Shown here piece by piece: positions 52,801 to 63,020 of a stretch of 64,000 bases of DNA (position 1 is the first letter of the stretch; the number at the start of each line of letters is the position of its first letter). The position numbers were made by a program, and so were the translations under genes. Source of the stretch: Stegostoma tigrinum. Lineage: Eukaryota. The notes under the pieces were generated by a model. The model did no database searches. It was not told the DNA's origin and worked only from the letters and a program-made list of their open reading frames with translations. The stretch is from NCBI RefSeq assembly GCF_030684315.1, contig NC_081387.1:25476647-25540646 (forward strand), given 5' to 3'.

Positions 52801-55170
52801 TTGGCCGGGTTAGTGAGGGTGGGGTTGAGGAATGAGTTTGGGTGTGGTTCATGAGGGTGAGGTTGATGAGTGAGTTTGGGTGTGGTTCATGAGGGCGAGT
52901 TTGATGAGTGAGTTTGGCGGGGTTAGTGAGGGTGAGGTTGAGGAATGAGTTTGGCCGGGTTAGTGAGGGTGAGGTTGATGAGTGAGTTTGGCCGGGTTAG
53001 TGAGGGTGAGGTTGAGGAATGAGATTGGCCGGGTTAGTGAGGGTGAGGTTGAGGAATGAGTTTGGGTGTGGTTCGTGAGGGTGAGGTTGATGAGTGAGTT
53101 TGGGTGTGGTTCATGAGGGTGAGTTTATTGAGTGAGTTTGGCGGGGTTCGTGAGGGTGAGGTTGAGGAGTGAGTTTGGCCGGGTTCGTGAGGGTGAGGGT
53201 GATGAGTGAGTTTGGCCGGGTTAGTGAGGGTGAGGTTGAGGAATGAGTTTGGCCGGGTTATTGAGGGTGAGGTTGAGGAATGAGTTTGGCCAGGTTAGTG
53301 AGAGTGAGGTTGAGGAGTGAGTTTGGCGGGGTTAGTGAGTGTGAAGTTGAGGAATGAGTTTGGCCAGGTTCGTGAGGGTGAGGTTGAGGAATGAGTTTGG
53401 CGGGTTTAGTGAGGGTGAGGTTGAGGAATGAGTTTGGCCGGGTTAGTGAGGGTGAGGTTGAGGAATGAGTTTGGCCGGGTTACTGAGGGTGATGTTGATG
53501 AGTGAGTTTGGCGGGGTTAGTGAGGGTGATGTTGATGAGTGAGTTTGGCCGGGTTACTGAGGGTGATGTTGATGAGTGAGTTTGGCCGGGTTACTGAGGG
53601 TGATGTTGATGAGTGAGTTTGGCAGGCTTAGTGAGTGTGAAGTTGAGGAATGAGTTTGGCCAGGTTCGTGAGGGTGAGGTTGAGGAATGAGTTTGGCGGG
53701 TTTAGTGAGGGTGAGGTTGAGGAATGAGTTTGGCCAGGTTAGTGAGAGTGAGGTTGAGGAGTGAGTTTGGCGGGGTTAGTGAGGGTGATGTTGATGAGTG
53801 AGTTTGGCCGGGTTACTGAGGGTGATGTTGATGAGTGAGTTTGGCCGGGTTACTGAGGGTGATGTTGATGAGTGAGTTTGGCCGGGTTAGTGAGGGTGAT
53901 GTTGATGAGTGAGTTTGGCCGGGTTACTGAGGGTGATGTTGATGAGTGAGTTTGGCCGGGTTACTGAGGGTGATGTTGATGAGTGAGTTTGGCCGGGTTA
54001 GTGAGTGTGAAGTTGAGGAATGAGTTTGGCCAGGTTCGTGAGGGTGAGGTTGAGGAATGAGTTTGGCGGGTTTAGTGAGGGTGAGGTTGAGGAATGAGTT
54101 TGGCCGGGTTAGTGAGGGTGAGGTTGAGGAATGAGTTTGGCCGGGTTAGTGAGGGTGAGGTTGAGGAATGAGTTTGGCCGGGTTAGTGAGGGTGAGGTTG
54201 ATGAGTGAGTTTGGCCGGGTTAGTGAGGGTGAGGTTGAGGAATGAGTTTGGCCGGGTTAGTGAGGGTGAGGTTGATGAGTGAGTTTGGCCGGGTTAGTGA
54301 GGGTGAGGTTGAGGAATGAGTTTGGCCGGGTTAGTGAGGGTGAGGTTGATGAGTGAGTTTGGCCGGGTTCGTGAGGGTGAGGTTGAGGAATGAGTTTGGC
54401 CAGGTTAGTGAGGGTGATGTTGATGAGTGAGTTTGGCCGGGTTACTGAGGGTGATGTTGATGAGTGAGTTTGGCCGGGTTACTGAGGGTGAGGTTGAGGA
54501 ATGAGTTTGGCCGGGTTAGTGAGGGTGAGGTTGAGGAATGAGTTTGGCCGGGTTAGTGAGGGTGAGGTTGATGAGTGAGTTTGGCCGGGTTAGTGAGGGT
54601 GAGGTTGATGAGTGAGTTTGGCCGGGTTAGTGAGGGTGAGGTTGAGGAATGAGTTTGGCCGGGTTAGTGAGGGTGAGGTTGATGAGTGAGTTTGGCGGGG
54701 TTAGTGAGGGTGAGGTTGATGAATGAGTTTGGCGGGGTTAGTGAGGGTGAGGTTGATGAGTGAGTTTGGCCGGGTTAGTGAGGGTGAGGTTGAGGAATGA
54801 GTTTGGCGGGTTCAGTGAGGGTGAGGTTGATGAGTGAGTTTGGCCGGGTTAGTGAGGGTGAGGTTGATGAGTGAGTTTGACGGGGTTAGTGAGGATGAGG
54901 TTGATGAGTGAGTTTGGCCGGGTTAGTGAGGGTGAGGTTGATGAGTGAGTTTGACGGGGTTAGTGAGGGTGAGGTTGATGAGTGAGTTTGGCCGGGTTAG
55001 TGAGGGTGAGGTTGATGAGTGAGTTTGGCCGGGTTAGTGAGGGTGAGATTGAGGAATGAGTTTGGCCGGGTTAGTAAGGATGAGGTTGATGAGTGAGTTT
55101 GGCGGGGTTAGTGAGGGTGAGGTTGATGAGTGAGTTTGGCCGGGTTCGTGAGGGTGAGATTGAGGAATGT
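49870..55170. repeat. 37-bp G-rich tandem satellite, roughly 140 units, with degenerate flanks reaching ~49150 and ~55275
   Basis: Unit gagtttggccgggttagtgagggtgaggttgaggaat (variant ending gatgagt). Confidence 0.97.
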
Positions 55171-55399
55171 GTGTGAGGGAAGGACTGTTTGTGAGGGAAG
55201 TAGTTCGGGTGAGGTTGAGGAGTGTGTGAAGGTTTTAGTGAAGATTCATGTTGAGGAGTGTGTGAAGGGATTGGTGATGCTGCAGCCCTCTTCATTAGCA
55301 CTCACACAGGACACAGCTAACCTGGCTTCCCATTGAGGTGTAAAATACTGATCTAAGGCCAGCTCATCACTGTTTACACGTCCCATCATTTTGAGGCAT

Positions 55400-55722
55400 T
55401 TACCTTATCTGAAACCGTTCCATTAAAGGGTTGGTGAGAGACTCGTGCCTGACCTCACATAAATACGTCTGACCGGGGTCCACATCCACAAAGGCAATGG
55501 TCATCTGACTGACTGTACTGTAGGTCCCACTCACGTCCCTCACCACTGGGAAGTTGGTCACGCTGCCCGGAACTTGCAAATCCCTCTCTGTTCTCCAGTT
55601 CACATAGATCCCGGCGGGATAGAACCCCGAAACAAAACATGCCAACGTCACAGCTTGTGGCCGACGGGAGTCACGTGACTGAACCTTGATGGGGGTTATC
55701 GTCGGTTGGAGGAAAATAAATT
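55400..55722 (-). CDS. Non-rearranging Ig-like gene (UrIg-like), constant domain 3 (C1-set)
   Basis: Acceptor taacAG/ phase 1; EFIFLQPTITPI...VTLACFVSGFYPAGIYVNW...GTYSTVSQM...TYLCEVRHESL...FQIR*, with C1-set CxVSGFYP, W and YxCxVxH motifs. Confidence 0.9.
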
Positions 55723-55860
55723 CTGTTACAGGCAGAGATAAAACATTTCAATCAACAGACATTTTCCCTTAAGGTCAACGCCACTGTTAACTCTACCTGA
55801 GCATTTTTATTGACTCACTAAACCTTGTGTTCACAAAAACAAAATCAGCCGGAAACATCG

Positions 55861-56089
55861 AAGTGCGGAGTTGGATGAACACAGCAGGCCAAGCAGCATC
55901 TTAGGAGCACAAAAGCTGACGTTTCGGGCCTAGATCCTTCATCAGAGAAAAAGCTTTTTTCTTTTCTGCTGAAGGGTCTGGGTCTGAAACGTCAGCTTTT
56001 GTGCTCCTGAGATGCTGCTTTGCCTGCTGTGTTCATCCAGCTCCACGCTTTGTTATCTCGGAATCTCCAGCATCTGCAGTTCCCATTAC
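55861..56089. repeat. Head-to-head inverted pair of Penelope hammerhead modules (hairpin) in the C2-C3 intron
   Basis: 55861-55950 is the reverse complement of about 55960-56050; centre agaaaaagcttttttct; hammerheads at 55918-55945 (-) and 55966-55993 (+, mutated). Confidence 0.85.
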
Positions 56090-56226
56090 CCCAGCCAGAG
56101 GCATGCTTACCTCACTGAGTTGACAAAGCAGGATTACATCGGCTGCCTGACATAGACCTGACCTGTTACTGAATTCCAGTCACAGTTACAGGAGGTCAGT
56201 GTACAAATATCTTACAGAACATGTTT

Positions 56227-56505
56227 CAGGCAGTCAATGCCTGAACATGAGAGCAGATGTGCAACAGGCAGTCAATGCTTGAAAATGAGACAAGGTGTGT
56301 AATGGGCCATCAGTGCCTGATTGTGAGATAGGATGTGTAACAGGCAGTCAGTGCCTGAACATGAGAGCAGATGTGCAACAGGAAGTCACTGCCTGAAAAT
56401 GAGATGGGATGTGGTACACGTGGTCAGTGTTGAATATGCAAGGGAGTGTATAACAGGCAGTTAATGCCGGAATATGTGAGGGGTATATAACCGGTGGTCA
56501 ATGCA
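56227..56505. repeat. Degenerate 38-bp tandem repeat, about 7 copies, intronic
   Basis: caggcagtcaatgcctgaacatgagagcagatgtgcaa-type units at 56227, 56265, 56341 and onward. Confidence 0.75.
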
Positions 56506-57131
56506 CAAATCTAGGTATTTTTTATCAACTGTCTGAGATGCAATTCAATCTGATTGTTAGAATAAAAGCAGTTGTACCAGCAGTGAATTAGCACCATTTA
56601 CAACAATCGATGGTTTATGTATTTGGTAACTTAGTCTTGCTCAGCTCACAATTTCTCTGATAACTGTACATTTACAACCTGTTCTCCCGTCAACAAACCC
56701 ATACATTTACTGCCTGTTGTTCTATGCTGATACTTATAAACCTATTACCTGTTCCTGACCAACACCCCAATACTTGTATATTTCCTGCCTGTTCTCTATT
56801 ATCCTGACACCTGTAGATTTACTGGCTGTCCTCCATTATCCCGATACCTGTACATATACTGCCTGTTCTCCACTATCCTGATATCTGTATATTTACCACC
56901 TGTTGTCTATTTCTCTGTTATCTACATCTGTTCTCCTCTCCGAGTAATTCCATGCACTGATCACTTGTTATCCATCCATTCCCCACCTCACCTGATATCC
57001 CTGCCGATGTATTCCGTGATCAAGTCAGAGATGTATCAATCAAATGGCCTATTTGTGGAAGAACACCTGGTTACTTTGCAATGGAACAGCAAGGGGGTAA
57101 AAAGAGAAACCCTGAAATAGTACTGTCTTAC

Positions 57132-57452
57132 CCCGGGTTTTATTGATGGTTTGAATGATGCTGTCTGGGACTGACATGTGTTGACTCTCACACGTATATT
57201 TTGTACCCCGGTTCCACATTTGATCGGACGTGGTCAGTTCACTCTGGGAAGAGTAGGTGCCATTGATATTGAGAATTGGTGGGTAGGTCTTGATGTTGTC
57301 GACCACTGGATTGCCATTGATGAACCAATGGAAAGAGATCTCTGCTGGGTAGAAGCCAGTTGCTAGGCAGACCAGGGTTGCTTTTTCCATTGTCACGAGC
57401 TCTTCTAAAGTCGGTGACAGGAGATACAGCTTTGGCTCCATGGGGTACCGCT
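57132..57452 (-). CDS. Non-rearranging Ig-like gene (UrIg-like), constant domain 2 (C1-set)
   Basis: acacAG/ ... G/GTaaga, 321 nt, phase 1-1; PKLYLLSPTLEEL...ATLVCLATGFYPAEISFHW...NGTYSSQSEL...WNRGTKYTCESQH. Confidence 0.93.
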
Positions 57453-58714
57453 CTGTGTAACAATCACAACTGAGTCTGTCTCAGAGTAAAGTGGCAAATC
57501 AACAAGGTATCCTGGCAAGAAAGGCCATACTAGGAGATTCACACTGAGATCCAGTGGCCATGAGGCTACCATTACCACTGAAATGATGACATACAGCAAT
57601 GGGCCATCTCATATCACTTGATCCTGTGATAGCATACTATCTGTGTGGCGCAGCAGTAGTGTCCCTACCTGTGAAATAGGAGACCCAAGTTCAAGTCCTA
57701 CCTGGTCCAGGGATGTGTCATAACTTTTCTGGACATGTTGATTAGAAAATCTCAAAAGTAAGGTTGACAGTTTAAATTATTCACCCCTCTAGCTAACTCC
57801 TGGAGCTAGTTGTAACTATTTGCGTGTCTTTTAAGAATACTGTATCCATCTGACTATTTTCCCATGATGGTGCCAAGTTGTTCCTGGAATGACTCCAGTA
57901 CTTGAGACTCATTCACCTTCTTCACAAAGCAACTAGATTGCCCTCTTTGCAAGGAAAGTATTTTTGAATGCATTCATTAAGATGCATGAGGGGGAATCTC
58001 ACAGAGATTTATAAAATTCTAACAGGATAGATGCAGCGAGGATGTTCCCAATGGTGGGTGTGTTCCGAACCAGGTGTCACAGTCTGAGGATTCGGGGTAG
58101 ACTATTTAGGACAGAGATGAGGAGACATTTCTTCACCCAAAGGGTGATGAGCCAATGGAATTTATTACCACAGGAAGTAGTTGATGCCAAAACATTGAAT
58201 GTATTGAAGAGGTGACTAGATATAGCACTTGGGGTGAATGGGATCAAAGGTTATGGGGAGAAAGCAGGATTAGGCTATTGAGTTGCACAATCAGCCACGA
58301 TTGTGAAGAATGGCAAAGCAGGCTCAAAGAGCCAAATGGCAACCTCCTGTTCCTACCTTCTATGTTTCTATGTGGCCATTGACCTGAAGAAGGTGGAGAG
58401 ACTGATGAGCTGCCCTCTTGAATTGTTGCAGTCCTTGGGATATAGAAACACTCACAATGCTGTTTGGAAGGGAGTTTCAAGATTTTAACCCAGTAACACT
58501 GAAGCAATGGCGACATATTTTCAAGTCTGATTCCAGTACTGCTATATTAAGAGAGACCATTTATTCACTGGAGTTTAGTAGGGTGGGGAGCTATCTCATT
58601 GAAAGTGATGAAATTCCACCAGACTAGACAGGATAAACACAGAAGAATGTCCCTGATGTCCGGGAGTCCAGAGCCAGGGGTCACAATTTAAAAGTATTTC
58701 CTTTTTTTCCTTTG

Positions 58715-59021
58715 TGGAATCCCTACAATGTGGAAACAGCCCCTTCAGCCCAATAAATCCACACATCATCCCACCCAGACCCATCCCTATATAATTCACC
58801 TAATCTACACATCACTGAACACTATGGGCAATTTAGACTAGCCAATCCCCCTAACCTGCACATCTTTGGACTGTGGGAGGAAACTGGAGCACCTGGAGGA
58901 AACCCACACAGACACGGGGAGGATGTGCAAACTCAGCACAGACAGTTGCCCGAGTGTGGAATTGAACTTAGGTCCCTGGTGCTGTGAGACAGCTGTGCTA
59001 ACCACTGAGCCACCGTGCTGC
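58715..59021 (-). mobile_element. HE1-like SINE in the C1-C2 intron
   Basis: Reverse complement of the 26269-26583 type. Confidence 0.8.
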
Positions 59022-59706
59022 TCATATCGGGTACATATGGGTAAGCCATTTCGGGTTGAGATAAGTGGGGAGCCTGTGGACTCTCTATCACAGGAAGTGG
59101 TTGAGGCAAAAGAAAACTGAATGTTCTCAAGAAAGTTCATGGCTAAAGGGATCAAAGGGAATAGGAAGATAGCAGGAACAGGGTATTGAGTTGGATGATC
59201 AGGCACGATCATGTTGAATGGGACAGTGGGCTTAAAGGGCTGAAACAGCCTGCTCCTGCTCCAACATTTTGTAGTTCTATGTAAATGACTCAGAGGGGAA
59301 CTTGCAGGGTGTGGTGTTCTCATGGATCTGCTCCCTCATGATGGAAGTAATCGTGGATTTGTAAGGTGCTGTCTAAGGACCCCTGGTGAGTTGCTTGAAT
59401 GCATCTTGTAGATGGTACACACTGCTGCTACTGAGCGTTTGTGGTGGAGGGAGTGGATGGGAAGGCGGATAGCCAATCGAGTGGCTGTTAATAAGCTGTG
59501 TCATCATTTGCATTGTCCTAACATCCAGGTATGAGATGAGGAAAACTGGCAAGAAGCTCTGTGTTGTTGGAAATCATTTTGGGGAGAGGATGCGTAGGAG
59601 TGAAGTATGGGCACTGGTGCCATTTGGAATGGACTGTTTGAATTCAATGAAATTGGAGTGAGCAGGTGAGTCTGGTGAGAAATAGCTTTGCCAGTGTGTT
59701 ACTTAC

Positions 59707-60024
59707 CAGTGTTACTTATGTGTTTGATGATGGGTGAAGGCAGTGCCCCATGTGATACTTGGCAGCTGATAATAGATCCTTTGATCCACTGGGATGTATC
59801 GATCACCAGCTTACTGATCGCTGTGTAGGTGCCATTGTCTCCCAAAAGTGAGGCAGAATGCGAGACCCCTCTGTAGACCTGCTCACCATCAACACGCCAG
59901 GTAAATGAGAGGTCGTCCGGGTAGAAGCTTTCTGCTGCGCAGAGCAGTGAGATGTTCTTCTGGAGAAAGACATCCTCAGGGTGTGGGTTTTGGAAATAAA
60001 CCAACGGAGGAGATGCTGAAGGAG
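59707..60024 (-). CDS. Non-rearranging Ig-like gene (UrIg-like), constant domain 1 (C1-set)
   Basis: tttcAG/ ... G/GTaagt, 318 nt, phase 1-1; APSASPPLVYF...ISLLCAAESFYPDDLSFTW...NGTYTAISKL...QWIKGSIISCQVSHGAL. Confidence 0.93.
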
Positions 60025-61759
60025 CTGAAATGGAAAAGAATCTGTTACTAAGTGGCCAACAAGTTAATTACGGCCTGACACTGATATTGCAAAGATTCAC
60101 TGCGCCAGGCTGAAGCTCCTCTGTCATGTTCAAAGGTGGCAAGATATTATGCTGGTGGGCCTCAGGAACCAATGTGCAGATTGGCATGGCACAATGGACC
60201 TCCTGGGACGGGAGTGCAGTCACCTGAGCTCAGCCTGAAGGATGCAACAGTGTGAGATACAGATTCAGATTTGGCACTCTCCATTCATTCCTGGGATGAG
60301 GGAGGTTAGACAATGAGGAAAGGTTGGGGCAGACTGCGTCCGTAACATTGGGATTTAGAAGAACAAGAGGCAACTTATTGAAGACTCGGGGGTGACTGAA
60401 AGAGGCATCTACCCTGAGGAATAGGGCTGGGGGAGACCAGAACCTGGGAGACAGTTTAGGAATAAAGGGATTTCCCATTTCAGACGGAGCTGAGGAGAAT
60501 TTCCTCTGTCAGCTGATGCTAATTCTGTGGAACACTCTTCCCTAGAGAAGAGTGGAGTCTGAGCACTTGAACAGTTTCAAGACTGGGTGACAGTAAGAGT
60601 GACAGATTAGGGAGGCAATGATTATTGGGGAAATGAGGCCAGGAATCTGAAGTTCTTTCAACAACCAGATCGGCCATGATTGTACTGATGCGTCTATAAG
60701 ACCCCATTGGGACGAATGGCCTGATTCCACTCCCATGTCCTGTGTTTCTAATTGATGCAGTGACTCAAAGGACGTAGACAATCAGAAGGCAGAGGATAGC
60801 CTGTGATTCTGGTCCTGATGATTGCCCAGTGACCCATCTTGAAAATTATTTGATGGTGGGTTGGTGAAAAAGGCCAGGTGAGAAGGGAATATCAGACCTG
60901 TTTAGATCGGAACAGGAGTTGGCTTTTTGCCACTCCTGAGCCTTCTCATTGGTCAGAATCCCCTGTCAGATTGAGCAGATTGCCTCATGGGAAAAGGATC
61001 GACAGGTTCATCCTGTATCCTCAGGAGTTTAGAAGAGTCAGGTGTGACTTAGTCAAAACATACAAAATCCTGAGGGGACTTAACCATGGGGATGCGGAAG
61101 GGATGTATCCTCTTGTGAGAGGATCTAGAACTCAGGGTCAAAGTTTAAAAATAAGGGGCTACCTGTTTAAAACAGAGAGAGCAAAGAGTTTTTCTCTCAG
61201 ACGGTTGTGAGTCAGTGGCGTTTCCTTCCACAAAAGGCAGTGGATGCAGAACCTTTAAATGTTGATAAAGCAGAGATAGAGAGATACTTGATTGATGCTG
61301 ACAGATTAAATGATTATCAGGAATAGGTGGGAAAGTACAGCTAAGGTCAAAATCTGATCAGCCACAGTCTTAGTGCCCGGTGGAGCAGGATCAAAGTGCT
61401 TGTATATTTGTTGGGTAATTAGCTAATATACAATTGCAATAAGGTGGGAAGCACTGGGACTCATTTGCGAACAGCTCTGTGGCTGACGTGGGGAGGCTGA
61501 GAGTTTAAAGTGCACCTGCTGAGAGATGTTCACACAAGCCACACTGAAACACTCCTGTGCCACACTCTGAAAGGTCGCTGGGTACAGATATTCAGGGCAG
61601 CAGGAGGAGGGGTTGTGTTTGTACAGGATGTTGCAATTAAATACAGAGCCAATGCTCACTGGCCTAGGGTATGTTTTGTAGCCGAATGGGAAGTGAAAAT
61701 GTGCTCTGTCAGAGGCCTATGGAGTAAGCAACGATCAACCTCTGAATGCAGTTTGGTAT

Positions 61760-62410
61760 AAAAAGACGTTTAGAACGCTTGCCTTCATTTCTCAGTCCTT
61801 TGAGTAAAGCAGTTGGGAAGTCATGATAAGGTAGTACAGGACATTGGTGAGGCCTGCTCTGGAAAACTGTCCAGTTCTGGTTGCCCAGTTATAGGAAAGT
61901 TATTATTAAACTGGAGAGGGTTCAGAAGACATTTACCAGAACGTTTCGGGGTATGGGACATTTGAGGTAGAAAGAAAGGCTGAACAGGCTGCAACTTTTT
62001 TTACTGGAGCATAGGAGGTTGAGAGGCAACCTTATCAAAGTTATACAAAACAATGAGAGGTATACATAGAATTAGTGGTCTTTTACATAGAATCCTTTCC
62101 CTAGGATGCGGGATTTCAAGACAAGGGGACAAATTTTTAAAGTGAGAGGAGAGAGATTTAAAAAAAGACATGAAAAGCAAATTTTTTTACACTGAAGGTG
62201 GTTTGCATGTGGAATAAACTTCCTGAGGAAGTGGTGGATGTGGGTACAATTACAACATTTTAAACACCTTTGGATAAGGACATGAATAGGAAAGGTTTGG
62301 AGGGATATGAGCCAGGAGCAGGCAGGTGGGACTAGTTTTGTTTGGAATTATGGTCAGCATGAACTGGTTGGACTGAAGGATCTGTTTCTGTGCGGTATGG
62401 CTTGATTGAC
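61760..62410 (+). mobile_element. CR1-clade LINE 3' fragment in the V-C1 intron
   Basis: Same family as 26655-27390. Confidence 0.7.
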
Positions 62411-62642
62411 TTTGAATGTTGGCCAGGAGACCAAGACAATCCCATTTACAGGTAGAAGGGGCTTAAGGACAAGTCTGCAGCAACAGGATAGCAAGGCTCA
62501 ACTCATAAACGTTTGAAGGCTGGCGCCCTTGATCAGGCAGTGTCACTTTCCACTCCCACCTTGACATTGTCCCAGTGAATCACGTGATGAAGTTCTGTCA
62601 GACAGCAAGGCATAAGAAGAGACAGGGTCAAAAATGACCTAC

Positions 62643-63020
62643 CTGCTTTAACAGTGAGTGTGACTCCACATCCACTCCAGTCTGTGCTGAATGGGAAGTA
62701 AGTGTTAGAGCTGCCACAGTAATATCTGGCTGAATCTTCTTGTCGGAGACCTTTTATTGTCAGTGAGAACTTCTTGCTGGTCCAGTCCTTTGAGCCAATA
62801 AAACGATCGCTTACCACGGATGGGTAAAGAGCAGCACTCGATCCCGGCATCCAGTAAAGAATCCACGAGATCATGAGATCTCCCGGCTTGGCGGATCCCC
62901 AGATGAGGTAATAATTATCCATGGTCCTGGAGGTGAAACAATTCAACGTCACCGTTTCATTTTCCCAGCGACTCAGAGATATGGGCGAGATATAGAGAGT
63001 GTCATCAGCTATCAAAGGGC
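62643..63020 (-). CDS. Non-rearranging Ig-like gene (UrIg-like), single-exon VJ-type variable domain
   Basis: ttgcAG/ ... G/GTaggt, 378 nt, phase 1-1; TVTLNC, LIW, SDRFIGSKD...FSLTIKGLRQEDSARYYC, then a CDR3-like loop and the G strand SGCGVTLTV in the same exon. Leader exon not found in the window. Confidence 0.93.

Noticed and set aside
49870-55170. Satellite as an Ig class-switch region
   Set aside because: It lies 3' of the last C exon, is G-rich on the template rather than the non-template strand, and is not built from AGCT motifs.
62715-62721. CACAGTA / TACTGTG heptamer-like sequence at the end of V framework 3
   Set aside because: It follows automatically from the Tyr-Cys-Gly codons; I see no properly spaced nonamer, so it is not evidence of a functional RSS.
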